Source: Candidatus Nomurabacteria bacterium (GTDB lineage: Bacteria; Patescibacteriota; Minisyncoccia; Phycocordibacterales; UBA9973). From it: 64,000 bases of DNA. The stretch is from contig JBAXFQ010000001.1 in NCBI GenBank assembly GCA_037139835.1, forward strand, positions 12,780-76,779, written 5' to 3'. The notes under the pieces were generated by a model. It saw only the letters and a list, made by a program, of their open reading frames with translations, ran no database searches and was not told the DNA's origin. The position numbers and the translations under genes are program-made. Positions 49,582-59,573 of the stretch are shown piece by piece; the first letter of the stretch is position 1; each line of letters starts with the position of its first letter.

Positions 49582-50304
49582 ATGAATAAAATAAGAAATC
49601 CGATTACTCACGTAGAGTTAAGTGACTCAATGAGTAATAATAAATTGAATTGGTTGAGGGCTGCAGTCTTAGGAGCCAATGATGGTATTGTCTCAACTTC
49701 TGCTGTTATTGTTGGGGTTGCTGGAGCTTCTAACTCGAAGAGTTTTATATTGACGGCTGGTGTAGCTAGTTTAGTTGCTGGGGCTCTTTCTATGGCTGTA
49801 GGAGAGTATATATCTGTAAGTACACAAAGAGATACAGAGAAATCATTACTTGAAAAAGAACGTATAGAGCTTGCCACTGTTCCAGATGAGGAATTAGAAG
49901 AGCTTACTGGTATATATGAGAAAAAAGGTTTATCTAGAATTACGGCTGAAATAGTAGCAAAAGAATTAACAGCTCATGATGCCTTTAGTGCTCATGTTGA
50001 AGCCGAACTCGGTATAGATCCAAATAACCTCACCAAGCCTTTAAACGCAGCTTATGCTTCAGGGCTAGCTTTCTTTTCTGGAGCTATCATTCCTATTGTC
50101 CTAATAATAATTTCACCTGTAGCTTACTGTATACCTGTTACATTTATAGCTGTCGTTCTAGCTCTCGTAGCCACTGGGACACTTAGTGCTCATGCTGGAG
50201 GCTCTAGTAAGTCTAAGGCGGTAATACGTGTAGTGGCTGGAGGCTTGATAGCTATGGTAGTCACTTTTGGTATAGGCAAACTATTCGGAGTTGCTGGTAT
50301 ATAA
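49582..50304 (+). CDS. VIT-family (CCC1/MbfA-like) membrane iron/manganese transporter
   Basis: NWLRAAVLGANDGIVSTSAVIVGVAGA is the VIT1 signature. Five TM helices. Confidence 0.65.
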   Translation: MNKIRNPITHVELSDSMSNNKLNWLRAAVLGANDGIVSTSAVIVGVAGASNSKSFILTAGVASLVAGALSMAVGEYISVSTQRDTEKSLLEKERIELATVPDEELEELTGIYEKKGLSRITAEIVAKELTAHDAFSAHVEAELGIDPNNLTKPLNAAYASGLAFFSGAIIPIVLIIISPVAYCIPVTFIAVVLALVATGTLSAHAGGSSKSKAVIRVVAGGLIAMVVTFGIGKLFGVAGI

Positions 50305-50349
50305 AATACCATTGTTTGAATAATATCAACTATTTGTTAAAATAAAAGT

Positions 50350-50913
50350 ATGATAAATATAAATTCAACAGTCCCTGATTTTGAGTTAGATTCATATCAG
50401 GATAATAATATTAAAAAAATTAAGCTTTCAGATTACAAAGGCAAGTGGGTAGTTCTTATTTTTTACCCAGCTGATTTCACTTTTGTTTGTCCTACTGAAT
50501 TAGAAGATGCAGTGACACACTATGAAGAAGTAAAAGCATTAGGAGGGGAGATTATGAGTATCAGTACAGATACTGCTTTTTCTCATAAAGCTTGGCATGA
50601 TGAATCACCTGCAATAAGTAAGATAAATTATCCTATGTTGGCAGATCCTACAGGCAAAGTCTCAATGATGTTTGGAACATATATAGAGGAAGAGGGTCTA
50701 TCTTTAAGAGGTACCTTTATAATTGATCCTGATGGAGTTCTAAAAACAATTGAGATTCACGATAATAATATAGGACGAAGTGCAAAAGAAATGGTTCGTA
50801 AACTAGAAGCTGCAAAATTTGTCAGAGAGCATGATGGAAATGTTTGTCCTGCAAGTTGGGAACCTGGTAAAGATGTCTTAACTCCTGGTATAGATCTTAT
50901 AGGTAAGATATAG
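50350..50913 (+). CDS. Peroxiredoxin (typical 2-Cys, AhpC/Prx1 subfamily)
   Basis: Peroxidatic FTFVCPTE and resolving GNVCPASWEPG motifs. Confidence 0.85.
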   Translation: MININSTVPDFELDSYQDNNIKKIKLSDYKGKWVVLIFYPADFTFVCPTELEDAVTHYEEVKALGGEIMSISTDTAFSHKAWHDESPAISKINYPMLADPTGKVSMMFGTYIEEEGLSLRGTFIIDPDGVLKTIEIHDNNIGRSAKEMVRKLEAAKFVREHDGNVCPASWEPGKDVLTPGIDLIGKI

Positions 50914-50937
50914 AATATATTTTTAAATTTGCTAAAT

Positions 50938-50968
50938 GAAAAACCGACCAATTGGTCGGTTTTTCATT
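50938..50968 (+). terminator. Rho-independent terminator
   Basis: aaaaaccgaccaa ttgg tcggttttt. Confidence 0.7.
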
Positions 50969-51138
50969 TAGCAAAGTTACTTCTTTTTAGCCGTCTTTTT
51001 TGCTTTTTTCTTTTGAGGCATAAAGTATATTTAGATTTAATTAGTATTAAAATCGACCTTCTTAATTCTATTTGTCTCTGCATATTATACACCTACAAAA
51101 ATTTCAAGAGAAGGACTTATACACTTTAAATATTTAAA

Positions 51139-51567
51139 TTAACTTGCTTGGGATCTTCTACTTGGTGACTGTACTACTGTTTGAGTTTGGGTCTGAGCCA
51201 AAGCTTGTGCCTTTTGGTTAGCTAAGGCTTTTGCTTTTTGTAAGGCTAAAGCTCTAGTTTCAGCTTGTTGATTTGCTAATAAAGCAGCTTGTTCTTTAGC
51301 TAGGTCTATTTGCTGTTGATTGTATAAGGCTTGGTTAGAATCATTTTGTGCTTGAGATGCTGCTAATTCTTGTTGCGCCCTTAACGCTTCTTGCTGTGCT
51401 GTTATCTGGGCTAATTTATTTTGTTCTAGTTTGATAGCTTTTTCTTGATTTGCAACCAAAACGGCATTTTCTTTTTTAACTTTATCTTGATATGCGGAAG
51501 AACCTTGGGCAAAAACTAAGCCTATTAATCCGAAGGTTATTATTACATTTTTAAGGTCTTTTATCAT
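51139..51567 (-). CDS. Secreted low-complexity Ala/Gln-rich coiled-coil protein
   Basis: Signal peptide followed by an AQ-rich repetitive sequence. Confidence 0.4.
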   Translation of the reverse strand: MIKDLKNVIITFGLIGLVFAQGSSAYQDKVKKENAVLVANQEKAIKLEQNKLAQITAQQEALRAQQELAASQAQNDSNQALYNQQQIDLAKEQAALLANQQAETRALALQKAKALANQKAQALAQTQTQTVVQSPSRRSQAS

Positions 51568-51604
51568 ATCTAATTAAAATTCTTATTATTATAAAATAAT
51601 TGGT

Positions 51605-51775
51605 CTAATCAATTTTTTGCCACATATGTGTATCACTTTTTCTTATGCTACATTCTGCGCATTTAAAATCCATGGGAAGTGTTTCCCATTTTGTTCCTGG
51701 AGGTATTCCTCTTGCAGGATCTCCTTTTGCTTCGTCATATATCCATCCACATTCTAAACATACATATTGTGCCAT
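51605..51775 (-). CDS. Rubredoxin (56 aa), not in the ORF table
   Basis: Minus-strand ORF MAQYVCLECGWIYDEAKGDPARGIPPGTKWETLPMDFKCAECSIRKSD... with the two CxxCG knuckles and a Trp/Tyr aromatic core. Confidence 0.7.
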   Translation of the reverse strand: MAQYVCLECGWIYDEAKGDPARGIPPGTKWETLPMDFKCAECSIRKSDTHMWQKID

Positions 51776-51859
51776 AATTATTTATACCTTCATTATTCTT
51801 AATGATAGTATTATATATTAGAATTATGAAAACTAGATGAATATAAATATGCTTTAAAT

Positions 51860-52891
51860 TTATATACTAGATAGGGTTACAGTAAAGGTTGTTCCTTTAT
51901 CTATTTGGCTATTTACTTCAATTAGGCCATGGTGTTCGTCGATAATCTCCTTTACGATAGAGAGTCCTAACCCTGTACTTGAAGAATTCTGAGTTCTGGA
52001 ATTATCTGCCTTATAGAATCTTTCAAATATCTGATTTATATCTTCTTTCTTTATGCCTATACCTGTATCTTCGATGGAAAGGATTATTTTATTATTTTTC
52101 TTTTTAAGAGAAATTATTATTTTTCCTCCTTGTTTGTTGTAGTCAACAGCATTTTTAAGTAAATTTATAATTAGACGAGTTAAGTCTTCTTTTTCTCCTT
52201 CTAATATCAAATTATCTTCGATATTGTCTTCTATTTTTATATTTTTTACATTCGCATATGCTCTCATTATTTCTATTTGTTTCTTGCATATTTCTCCTAT
52301 GTTTACCTGTGTATTTGATTTAACTTTCTTTTTATTATTACTAGCTAGAAATAAAAGATCGTTTGAGAGGGTAGTCAATCTATCAACTTCCTCGAGAGAT
52401 TCTTTTATATACTTTGTGTATTCATCTTTAGATCTATTACTTCTTAGTATAACTTCTCCACCTGCTTTCATGACAGAGAGAGGAGTTCTTAATTCATGAG
52501 CAGCATCTGCTACAAATCTAGATTGTTTTTTATAGGCTTCTTCCAAGGGTTTGAGTGTCCTTTTCGAAGAAAGATAAGCTACAAGTAAAGTTATTATTAG
52601 TATAACGGCATCTGATGTAAGAAGAATATTTAGAAGATTATCTTGCATTTCTTTTGCGCTACTCTCTTTAATTTTAATACCATTTATCTGCTGATTAATT
52701 TTCTCAGCTCTTTCGTTATCTCCAGTCTTTATGCTATTTGTGAATAAACCATATACCATAAGGTTGAAAATAGCTAAAACTATAAAAACACCAGTTGTAT
52801 AGTAAATAGTTAACAGGATAACAGCTTTCTTAAAGTTACTTTGTTCTGAAGGTGTATCCCACCCCTCGAATTGTTTGGATATATTTTTCAT
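51860..52891 (-). CDS. Sensor histidine kinase (2 TM, HisKA, HATPase_c)
   Basis: H-box ADAAHELRTPLS, N-box NLLKNAVDY, and G1/G2 boxes DTGIGI and GLGLSIV. Confidence 0.8.
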   Translation of the reverse strand: MKNISKQFEGWDTPSEQSNFKKAVILLTIYYTTGVFIVLAIFNLMVYGLFTNSIKTGDNERAEKINQQINGIKIKESSAKEMQDNLLNILLTSDAVILIITLLVAYLSSKRTLKPLEEAYKKQSRFVADAAHELRTPLSVMKAGGEVILRSNRSKDEYTKYIKESLEEVDRLTTLSNDLLFLASNNKKKVKSNTQVNIGEICKKQIEIMRAYANVKNIKIEDNIEDNLILEGEKEDLTRLIINLLKNAVDYNKQGGKIIISLKKKNNKIILSIEDTGIGIKKEDINQIFERFYKADNSRTQNSSSTGLGLSIVKEIIDEHHGLIEVNSQIDKGTTFTVTLSSI

Positions 52892-53504
52892 TTGTATCTT
52901 TTAATTTCTTTCTTAGTTGTTTTATATAAACATCTGTTATGTTGCTAAATGCACTATAGGCGAAATCCCAACAATGTTCAAGTAGTTGTTCTCTTGTTAT
53001 GACACTACCAGCATTCATCATCAAGTATTCTAAGATAGCATACTCTTTAAGAGTTAAAGATATTGTTACTCCTTTTTTAGTCACTACATGCTTACTATTA
53101 TCAAGCACAATATCTTTGACTTCCAGTTTAGTTAATATCTTTTCTTGAGGTCGGCGGAGTAATGCTCTAACTCTAGCAAGTAATTCTTTCATATCATATG
53201 GTTTGACTAGGTAATCATCAGCTCCACTATCTAGCCCCATAATTTTATCTTCAACTTCTCCTTTGGCTGTAATCATTATTATAGGTATATTTATATTGTC
53301 ATCCCTCAAACTTTTACAAACAGAAATACCATCTTTTTTTGGTAGCATTATATCTAAAATGACTAAGTCATGGTTCTTTGATCTAGCTTGTCTTTCTCCT
53401 GTTTCTCCATCGTGAGATACATCTACAGCGTAGCCTTCTTCTTCGAGCATTTGTTTTGTGTATTTAGCTAATTTTTCATTATCTTCTACTATTAGGATTC
53501 TCAT
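52836..53504 (-). CDS. OmpR-family response regulator (receiver + winged helix)
   Basis: MRILIVEDN ... LDIMLPKKDG ... and a C-terminal trans_reg_C domain (VYIKQLRKKL, GVGYTF). Confidence 0.85.
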   Translation of the reverse strand: MRILIVEDNEKLAKYTKQMLEEEGYAVDVSHDGETGERQARSKNHDLVILDIMLPKKDGISVCKSLRDDNINIPIIMITAKGEVEDKIMGLDSGADDYLVKPYDMKELLARVRALLRRPQEKILTKLEVKDIVLDNSKHVVTKKGVTISLTLKEYAILEYLMMNAGSVITREQLLEHCWDFAYSAFSNITDVYIKQLRKKLKDTNEKYIQTIRGVGYTFRTK

Positions 53505-53561
53505 ATTTATATTATATATCTATTCATGGATTATTCATCTCTTTCTTGTATTATATAAAAC

Positions 53562-54464
53562 ATGATAGAAGAATTTGAATATAATGGCAAGGCGATGGGA
53601 ACAGAATATTCTATTGCAATTGTTTGTAAAAACAAAGAACTTGCCTATAAAATGCATGAAATAGGCAAGAATTATATAGAGGAGTATGAATCAATATTTT
53701 CTAGATTTTTACCAAATAGTGAACTTTCTATACTAAATAAAAAGAAAAGTATGGTTGTTTCTTCAGTATTTCTTAGAGTGACTCTAAAAGCTTATCAATT
53801 ATTTAATAAAACGAAGGGGATATTCAATCCTCTTGTATCTATTTCAAGACTAGGCTATGATAAAAACTTTTCTGATTTAGATGATAATAAAAATACAAAA
53901 GATGATGATCCGTATGATATAGATTTCTCTTCAGTTTTAATTGATAAAAATAAATCATATATTCAATTGGGTGAAGGGCAGAATCTTGACTACGGTGGAT
54001 TTCTAAAAGGATATTTAGCAGAGGTTATAGCCGAAAAGATAAAATCATACTCGTCCGATATCAAAGGGGTTATAGTAAATATAGGAGGAGATATTCATAC
54101 AAAAGGTTTAGATAAGAATGGAGATAGATTTGTATTTAGTATTTATAACCCGATTTTAAAAAATGAAGATATTGTAGTGACTTTGTACAATCAAAGTTTG
54201 GCTACTAGTGGAAGTTATAAAAGATCGTGGTTTAATTTTAGTAAAAAAATACATCACATTTTAGATACATCTGGATCTAGTAATCCAGAGGGTGATATAA
54301 TTTCTGCCAGTGTGATTCATAAAGATGGTAGCTTTTCAGAGGCTTACACTAAAGTTTTTTTTAATGTTGAACATAAAAAAGCATTACTATTGCTAGAAGA
54401 AGATAATCTTGGCTTTATAATTATTAAAAATAATGGAGATGTAATTAAAAGCAATACAATTTAA
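53562..54464 (+). CDS. ApbE-family FAD:protein FMN transferase
   Basis: LDYGGFLKGY (ApbE LDLGGIAKGY) and TSGSYKRSW (ApbE TSGDYER). Confidence 0.6.
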   Translation: MIEEFEYNGKAMGTEYSIAIVCKNKELAYKMHEIGKNYIEEYESIFSRFLPNSELSILNKKKSMVVSSVFLRVTLKAYQLFNKTKGIFNPLVSISRLGYDKNFSDLDDNKNTKDDDPYDIDFSSVLIDKNKSYIQLGEGQNLDYGGFLKGYLAEVIAEKIKSYSSDIKGVIVNIGGDIHTKGLDKNGDRFVFSIYNPILKNEDIVVTLYNQSLATSGSYKRSWFNFSKKIHHILDTSGSSNPEGDIISASVIHKDGSFSEAYTKVFFNVEHKKALLLLEEDNLGFIIIKNNGDVIKSNTI

Positions 54465-54479
54465 CGTAATAAAAAACAT

Positions 54480-55184
54480 ATGAAAAAATATTTTAACATA
54501 ATCAAATATACTCAAGAAACATTATTAGTCATTTCAGTCTTGATTTTGATGGTACTTCCTTTGCTTATCGTTTTTTATCCAAACATTATAAATTCAAATG
54601 TAACTTTGAATCTTTATTTTATTTCACATATCTTTTTATTTTTTGTGATGATAATAAGACCACTGGCGGATATCTTTACAAAAGTTAAATGGTTGAGACC
54701 TTTAGTTATTCTAAGAAAGGGGACGGGGGTTATATCTGCTTCTATTATAGTGTCTTTTATACTTTCCAAGCTTATGATTGATCCATCTGGATACTTTGCA
54801 GCTTTTGGTACTTATAAATATTGGTCTATGACACATTACGCTTTATTGGCACACCTAGCTGATATATCTGCTGTAATTCTTATAATAACTTCCAATAATT
54901 TATCTAAAAAAATATTTGGGACTTGGTGGAAAAAAATTCAGCAATTATCTTATGTTTACTTTTATGCTAGTGTATTATATGTTTATCTTTCGTATGGGAA
55001 TAATGATCTATTATATGCATTAATTATAATTACTCTAATAACTTATGTAGCTTCTGTTAGAAATAAAAAAAGATTAATGCAAAGTCCTGTATCTGCACCT
55101 ATTCCTAATATAGTTGTCCCGTCTCAAGTGCAGGTAGATATTAATAAAATACCAGATAAAAGAAAATTATTAAAAAATATATGA
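54480..55184 (+). CDS. Polytopic membrane protein, possibly a ferric-reductase-like / MsrQ-like heme-binding domain
   Basis: Six TM helices, conserved His in TM segments (ISHIF..., HYALLAH), and an RP motif. It is translationally coupled to the downstream FNR-like gene. Confidence 0.35.
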   Translation: MKKYFNIIKYTQETLLVISVLILMVLPLLIVFYPNIINSNVTLNLYFISHIFLFFVMIIRPLADIFTKVKWLRPLVILRKGTGVISASIIVSFILSKLMIDPSGYFAAFGTYKYWSMTHYALLAHLADISAVILIITSNNLSKKIFGTWWKKIQQLSYVYFYASVLYVYLSYGNNDLLYALIIITLITYVASVRNKKRLMQSPVSAPIPNIVVPSQVQVDINKIPDKRKLLKNI

Positions 55185-55882
55185 ATATAAAAAAAATTAC
55201 AGGTAAAATAATAAAAATAACTGATTTATCTAAAACTGCCAAGGAGATAAGCATTGATTTGTCAGAACCTTTGGAATTTATTCCAGGTAGTTTTGTTAAT
55301 GTTTTCTTTGATGTAAATGGTGAAAAAGTTAGGCGTGCATATTCGATATCTTCAACCTCAAAGAATAATGAAAATATCTCTTTGAGTATTCGATTGAGTC
55401 CTACTGGGGCTATCACTCCTATATTCTGGGAGAAAGATATGACAGGCGAACAGGTAGAACTTATGGGCCCTCTTGGTTTAAATACTGTAAATAAAATGAA
55501 TCAAAATAAAGTATATTTATTTGCATTTGGTATTGGTATTGGGGTAGTCAAATCCATAGCTGATTATTTTACTGAAACAAGAAGGGTTGATAGTTTGACT
55601 ATTATTTCTGGAAGTAGATGTGAAGATGAGATTCTCTATAATGATTATTTTAAAGGGATGTCAGACAAATACAAAAATGTTTCATTTTCAAATGTAGTCT
55701 CTAGGGGAGGATCAGAATCAAAAATTCGAGTAGGGTACATACAAGACTTTATAAGTGATTTTGACTTCAATGATTCAGATGTCTATGTTTGTGGACAAGA
55801 AAAGGCTTGTAATGATCTTGTATCAAAAGTTAATTCACTTAATCACTCAAATTGTAATTTCTTTATTGAAGGATTTCATTAA
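55181..55882 (+). CDS. FAD/NAD(P)-binding oxidoreductase (ferredoxin-NADP reductase-like fold)
   Basis: FAD-binding RAYSISS (RxYS) and a Gly-rich NAD(P) loop FAFGIGIGV. Confidence 0.55.
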   Translation: MNIKKITGKIIKITDLSKTAKEISIDLSEPLEFIPGSFVNVFFDVNGEKVRRAYSISSTSKNNENISLSIRLSPTGAITPIFWEKDMTGEQVELMGPLGLNTVNKMNQNKVYLFAFGIGIGVVKSIADYFTETRRVDSLTIISGSRCEDEILYNDYFKGMSDKYKNVSFSNVVSRGGSESKIRVGYIQDFISDFDFNDSDVYVCGQEKACNDLVSKVNSLNHSNCNFFIEGFH

Positions 55883-55915
55883 ATAAAAAACACTGATTAA
55901 TTTAATCAGTGTTTT

Positions 55916-56554
55916 TTATTTAAGATCAAACATTTCTTTATCTTTTTTGAATAGATATAAAGATATGTGGTAGATAGAGTAGGTGATGAAGAATGCAGCT
56001 AAGACATCAATAGAATAATGGTAATGTCCGAGTAAAACAACTGTTCCCATAAATAATGAATCCAATATAAATAAATATCTTAATGGTTTGTAATTCCAGA
56101 ATATTAAAGCCATTAAAAATGGAATACCTGTATGTCCAGAGAAGAAGAGGTCTCCACCAAATGTGAATTTGCTAATAAAATTTGTTGCACCTGTTACCGC
56201 TTGTGTTGGGAAAGGACCTAGATGGGTTAAGCTTATAAATATAGAACGTATAACAGTAAATAGAGCTATATTCTTTGTAATAAAAGGAAGTTTTTTGGGA
56301 TTGTAAAGAGATATTATTAATACAATTGTAAATAATAAAATTGGTCCGTAAATAAAAAATAGGTCTACATCAAATACTCTAATGTTGCTCAAGATAATAT
56401 CTGTAACAGGGAGACTAGCACTCTCAGTCGCATAATTGCCAGCTCTAAAATTTATATAAAGACTCAACAAAAGAAATAAAGCTGAAACAAGTAAAGATTG
56501 TATAAAATCTTTACTTTTCAATAATTCTCTCCATTTTTGTGTCCATATCTTCAT
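55916..56554 (-). CDS. PAP2-family phosphatase (type-2 phosphatidic acid / undecaprenyl-PP phosphatase-like)
   Basis: SGHT and HYHYSIDV, the PAP2 motifs 2 and 3. Confidence 0.55.
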   Translation of the reverse strand: MKIWTQKWRELLKSKDFIQSLLVSALFLLLSLYINFRAGNYATESASLPVTDIILSNIRVFDVDLFFIYGPILLFTIVLIISLYNPKKLPFITKNIALFTVIRSIFISLTHLGPFPTQAVTGATNFISKFTFGGDLFFSGHTGIPFLMALIFWNYKPLRYLFILDSLFMGTVVLLGHYHYSIDVLAAFFITYSIYHISLYLFKKDKEMFDLK

Positions 56555-56674
56555 ATAATAATGAGTAACAATATAATACTACGAAGAAATTTTATAATCA
56601 ATTATTTATAATAATAAAAAAAGGACTAGCGATTGTATCGCTAGTCCTAATCTTTAAATTTTCATCCAGTATGA

Positions 56675-56908
56675 TTAAATCTTTTTCCTACCTAGGTAAA
56701 AAACTATAAAACTTACCAACCCAATAATGTTTGTTACCACGAATGTATTTTTCTCTATGGTACTATTCATTGGAAATTGGTTATTTATAATTAAAAATAT
56801 AATGTCTAGAAAGATTACTAGAAAAAATATTGAAATACAATAAATAACTAATTTTTTCATTTTTAAAATTTTAAGTGAAAAATCAAAATGTCTACTAAAC
56901 AGTAGCAC
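56675..56908 (-). CDS. Small membrane protein (77 aa)
   Basis: Two TM helices. Confidence 0.3.
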   Translation of the reverse strand: MLLFSRHFDFSLKILKMKKLVIYCISIFFLVIFLDIIFLIINNQFPMNSTIEKNTFVVTNIIGLVSFIVFYLGRKKI

Positions 56909-56943
56909 ATTTTATATAAAAAGTCAATATGAGATAATAAGTT

Positions 56944-57756
56944 TTAATTTAATTTCTCTAAAAATTCTTTCATCGCATTGGATATTTTTTCGATTGTGAC
57001 TAATGAGTCTTTTAACTCGTGGCTTACATTATCGAGTTTTACAATCTTAGAATCAGCTATCTTACTAGCCATCAGTTCTCCATATTTGATAGGGAAGATA
57101 GAGTCTTTCTTACCATGAACGATTAATACAGGGAAATTTATTTTATTTAATACCTCTTCTCCATTAAATGAATATGCTTGATTCATACAATACAAGTATG
57201 TTCTTAGGCTTGTATTTGAAACATCTGCATAAGTTCTCTTTAAATTAAAGTCGCCTGAGTTTGGAAAATCTTTTAAATAGTCGAGATGTTTTCTCTTTTT
57301 TGTCTTTGATATAGGGAATTTAATTTTAGAGATTAAATTAAAGAAAGGTTTTACCATCTTAGCTTCAGGCATGATACCAGCATTAAAGTTTGGACTTAAG
57401 AATATTGAAGCTTTTACATATTCAGGATATTTATCAATAAAATCAAGAGATATGAAAGTTCCGAATGAGTGTGATATTAAAACAAATTTTTTAATGTTTA
57501 GAAAGTTTACTAATTCAAGGACATCATTTGAAAAATTTTCGATTTTATAATCATCGTATTCTGTAAATCTTTTTGATTTACCATGACCTCTTATGTCCAT
57601 AGCGACTAGGTTGTATTTATCAGTAAGTCTTTTTTCAAATTCCCACCAAGCTGAAGAACTACCGCATGCACCATGTATCAAGACTAGAGTTAGTCTATCC
57701 GATTTAAATTCATTTGTACGATAATATATTTTATTTTCAAAAATTGATTCAGTCAT
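56944..57756 (-). CDS. Alpha/beta-fold hydrolase
   Basis: Nucleophile elbow ISHSFGT, an HGxxG-like oxyanion region LIHGACGS and a C-terminal His. Confidence 0.65.
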   Translation of the reverse strand: MTESIFENKIYYRTNEFKSDRLTLVLIHGACGSSSAWWEFEKRLTDKYNLVAMDIRGHGKSKRFTEYDDYKIENFSNDVLELVNFLNIKKFVLISHSFGTFISLDFIDKYPEYVKASIFLSPNFNAGIMPEAKMVKPFFNLISKIKFPISKTKKRKHLDYLKDFPNSGDFNLKRTYADVSNTSLRTYLYCMNQAYSFNGEEVLNKINFPVLIVHGKKDSIFPIKYGELMASKIADSKIVKLDNVSHELKDSLVTIEKISNAMKEFLEKLN

Positions 57757-57761
57757 ATGTT

Positions 57762-58937
57762 TTATAATATTGAATAATAAACTTGCTCTAATTTTGCGAC
57801 GCTATTATTGATGTCATAATCTTTACTTTTTTCTATGCTTTTCTTTCCCATTTTTTCTCTTAGTTCACTATCTTTTATAAGCATTAATATTTTTTCTGCT
57901 AGATCTATTGGATTTTTAGATTCAAATAGAAAACCATTTTCATCAACAAAGAATCTTGAGGCACTCATCTCGGAGTCTCCGATAATGATAGGCTTGCCGC
58001 AAGACATCGCTTCTAGGACTACCATGCCTTCAAGTTCTGCAAGAGAGGGGAGTATGAAGATGTCGCTGGCATTATAAGCAAGTATTTTGTCTTCCTCACT
58101 AACTAGCCCCAAGAAAGTAATATGTTCATTTATTTTTAGATCCGAAACCATTTTTTTTAATTTTGATTCTAAATGCCCTCCTCCTACAATCATTAGATGT
58201 GTATTTGGATATTCTTTTACAACATGAGGAATGGACTTTATCAGTGTATCTATAGACTTTTCGGGGAAAAGCCGTCCTACAAATAATAGTTTTGTTTTAT
58301 CTTCTGGTATATTAAATCTCTCGTGAAAATCACCGACGGAAATTATTTTAAATTCTTGTGTATTAATACCATTACTAATCACATGTGATTTTTGGTTTTT
58401 CTTACTTAATTTATCTAGAAGTGTGCGAGCCATCTCGGTTGGATATATAAGTGACTCAGCTTTATCATAAGTCCAAGATAAATATTTATTCCATAGATTA
58501 TTGAGTGCTGGTTGAATAGCTTTAGGCATATCCATAAAAAGATTTTCAGGCTGTGAATGAGAGTGTGCAACAATTTTAATATTTAAAGAACGAGCAGCTT
58601 TAATAGCTACGATAGAAGCAGACATTGGAAGAATGATATGAACTATATTTATATTTTCTTCCTTAAATATTTTTTTAAGTTCTTTGACAGTAGGGAATGC
58701 TAGATTCCATCCTCCCGATTTTGGTATAGGTATACTTCTAAATCTATATGCTTTTATTCCGTTGTGATAGCTATGATCTTTATGCTCTTGAGAGCGAGCG
58801 GCAATAAAAATAACATTGTGACCTTTTTCTTTTAATAATTTAGCAAAACGCAAAGTGGAAACAACAACTCCAGATTTATTATTACCGATAGGATCACAAA
58901 TCATTGCTATTCTTAACTTGTTATTATTTTCATTCAT
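57762..58937 (-). CDS. GT4-family (GT-B) glycosyltransferase
   Basis: EGMVVLEAMSCGKPII, the E-x7-E retaining GT-B motif. Confidence 0.75.
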   Translation of the reverse strand: MNENNNKLRIAMICDPIGNNKSGVVVSTLRFAKLLKEKGHNVIFIAARSQEHKDHSYHNGIKAYRFRSIPIPKSGGWNLAFPTVKELKKIFKEENINIVHIILPMSASIVAIKAARSLNIKIVAHSHSQPENLFMDMPKAIQPALNNLWNKYLSWTYDKAESLIYPTEMARTLLDKLSKKNQKSHVISNGINTQEFKIISVGDFHERFNIPEDKTKLLFVGRLFPEKSIDTLIKSIPHVVKEYPNTHLMIVGGGHLESKLKKMVSDLKINEHITFLGLVSEEDKILAYNASDIFILPSLAELEGMVVLEAMSCGKPIIIGDSEMSASRFFVDENGFLFESKNPIDLAEKILMLIKDSELREKMGKKSIEKSKDYDINNSVAKLEQVYYSIL

Positions 58938-58939
58938 AA

Positions 58940-59527
58940 TTATATATTTTTATTTTTGAGATATTTATTAGCATATCTTAGGCCTAATACAAATGCAATA
59001 AGAATAAAGAATACGAAGACTATTTTAAGTGTACCAGGAATTATAAGGAAAATATTTCCTAAGAAGAATCCAATGGCAATAAGAAAAGCTGTCCAGATAA
59101 AACCACCAACCAAGTTTAATATTACATAATTTTTAAATGGTACTTTGAACATTCCAGCTACTACAAGTATAACTGCAGCAAAACCTAATCCCATAGTAAG
59201 CTTGGATATAATAAGAATTTTTTGATGGAATTTAATAAATTGATTTTCTACTCTTTCTATTGTCTCTGGTGTTACCCCTACATAATGTCCATATTTATAA
59301 ATTGCGTTTCTTGTTCCATATCTACCAAGACAATACCATAGTATATCAGCCACAAAGTCTCCTAGGACTAAAGCTAAGTACATGGGAAAGAAACTGAATG
59401 ATCCTAATCTGTATAGGAAGCCACTAGCCATCATTACAACTGGACCTTCTAGTATAGTACCTATAAACAACAAAATATATTTTGAGGATTCTAACCAAAT
59501 GATTATATTATGCAAGAAGAGGCTCAT
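58940..59527 (-). CDS. DedA / VTT-domain membrane protein
   Basis: FIGTILEGPVVMMASGFL resembles the DedA re-entrant loop motif. Confidence 0.5.
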   Translation of the reverse strand: MSLFLHNIIIWLESSKYILLFIGTILEGPVVMMASGFLYRLGSFSFFPMYLALVLGDFVADILWYCLGRYGTRNAIYKYGHYVGVTPETIERVENQFIKFHQKILIISKLTMGLGFAAVILVVAGMFKVPFKNYVILNLVGGFIWTAFLIAIGFFLGNIFLIIPGTLKIVFVFFILIAFVLGLRYANKYLKNKNI

Positions 59528-59573
59528 ATTTATATTAAAATTATAACATAATTTTAATTATTTTATTTAGGTT

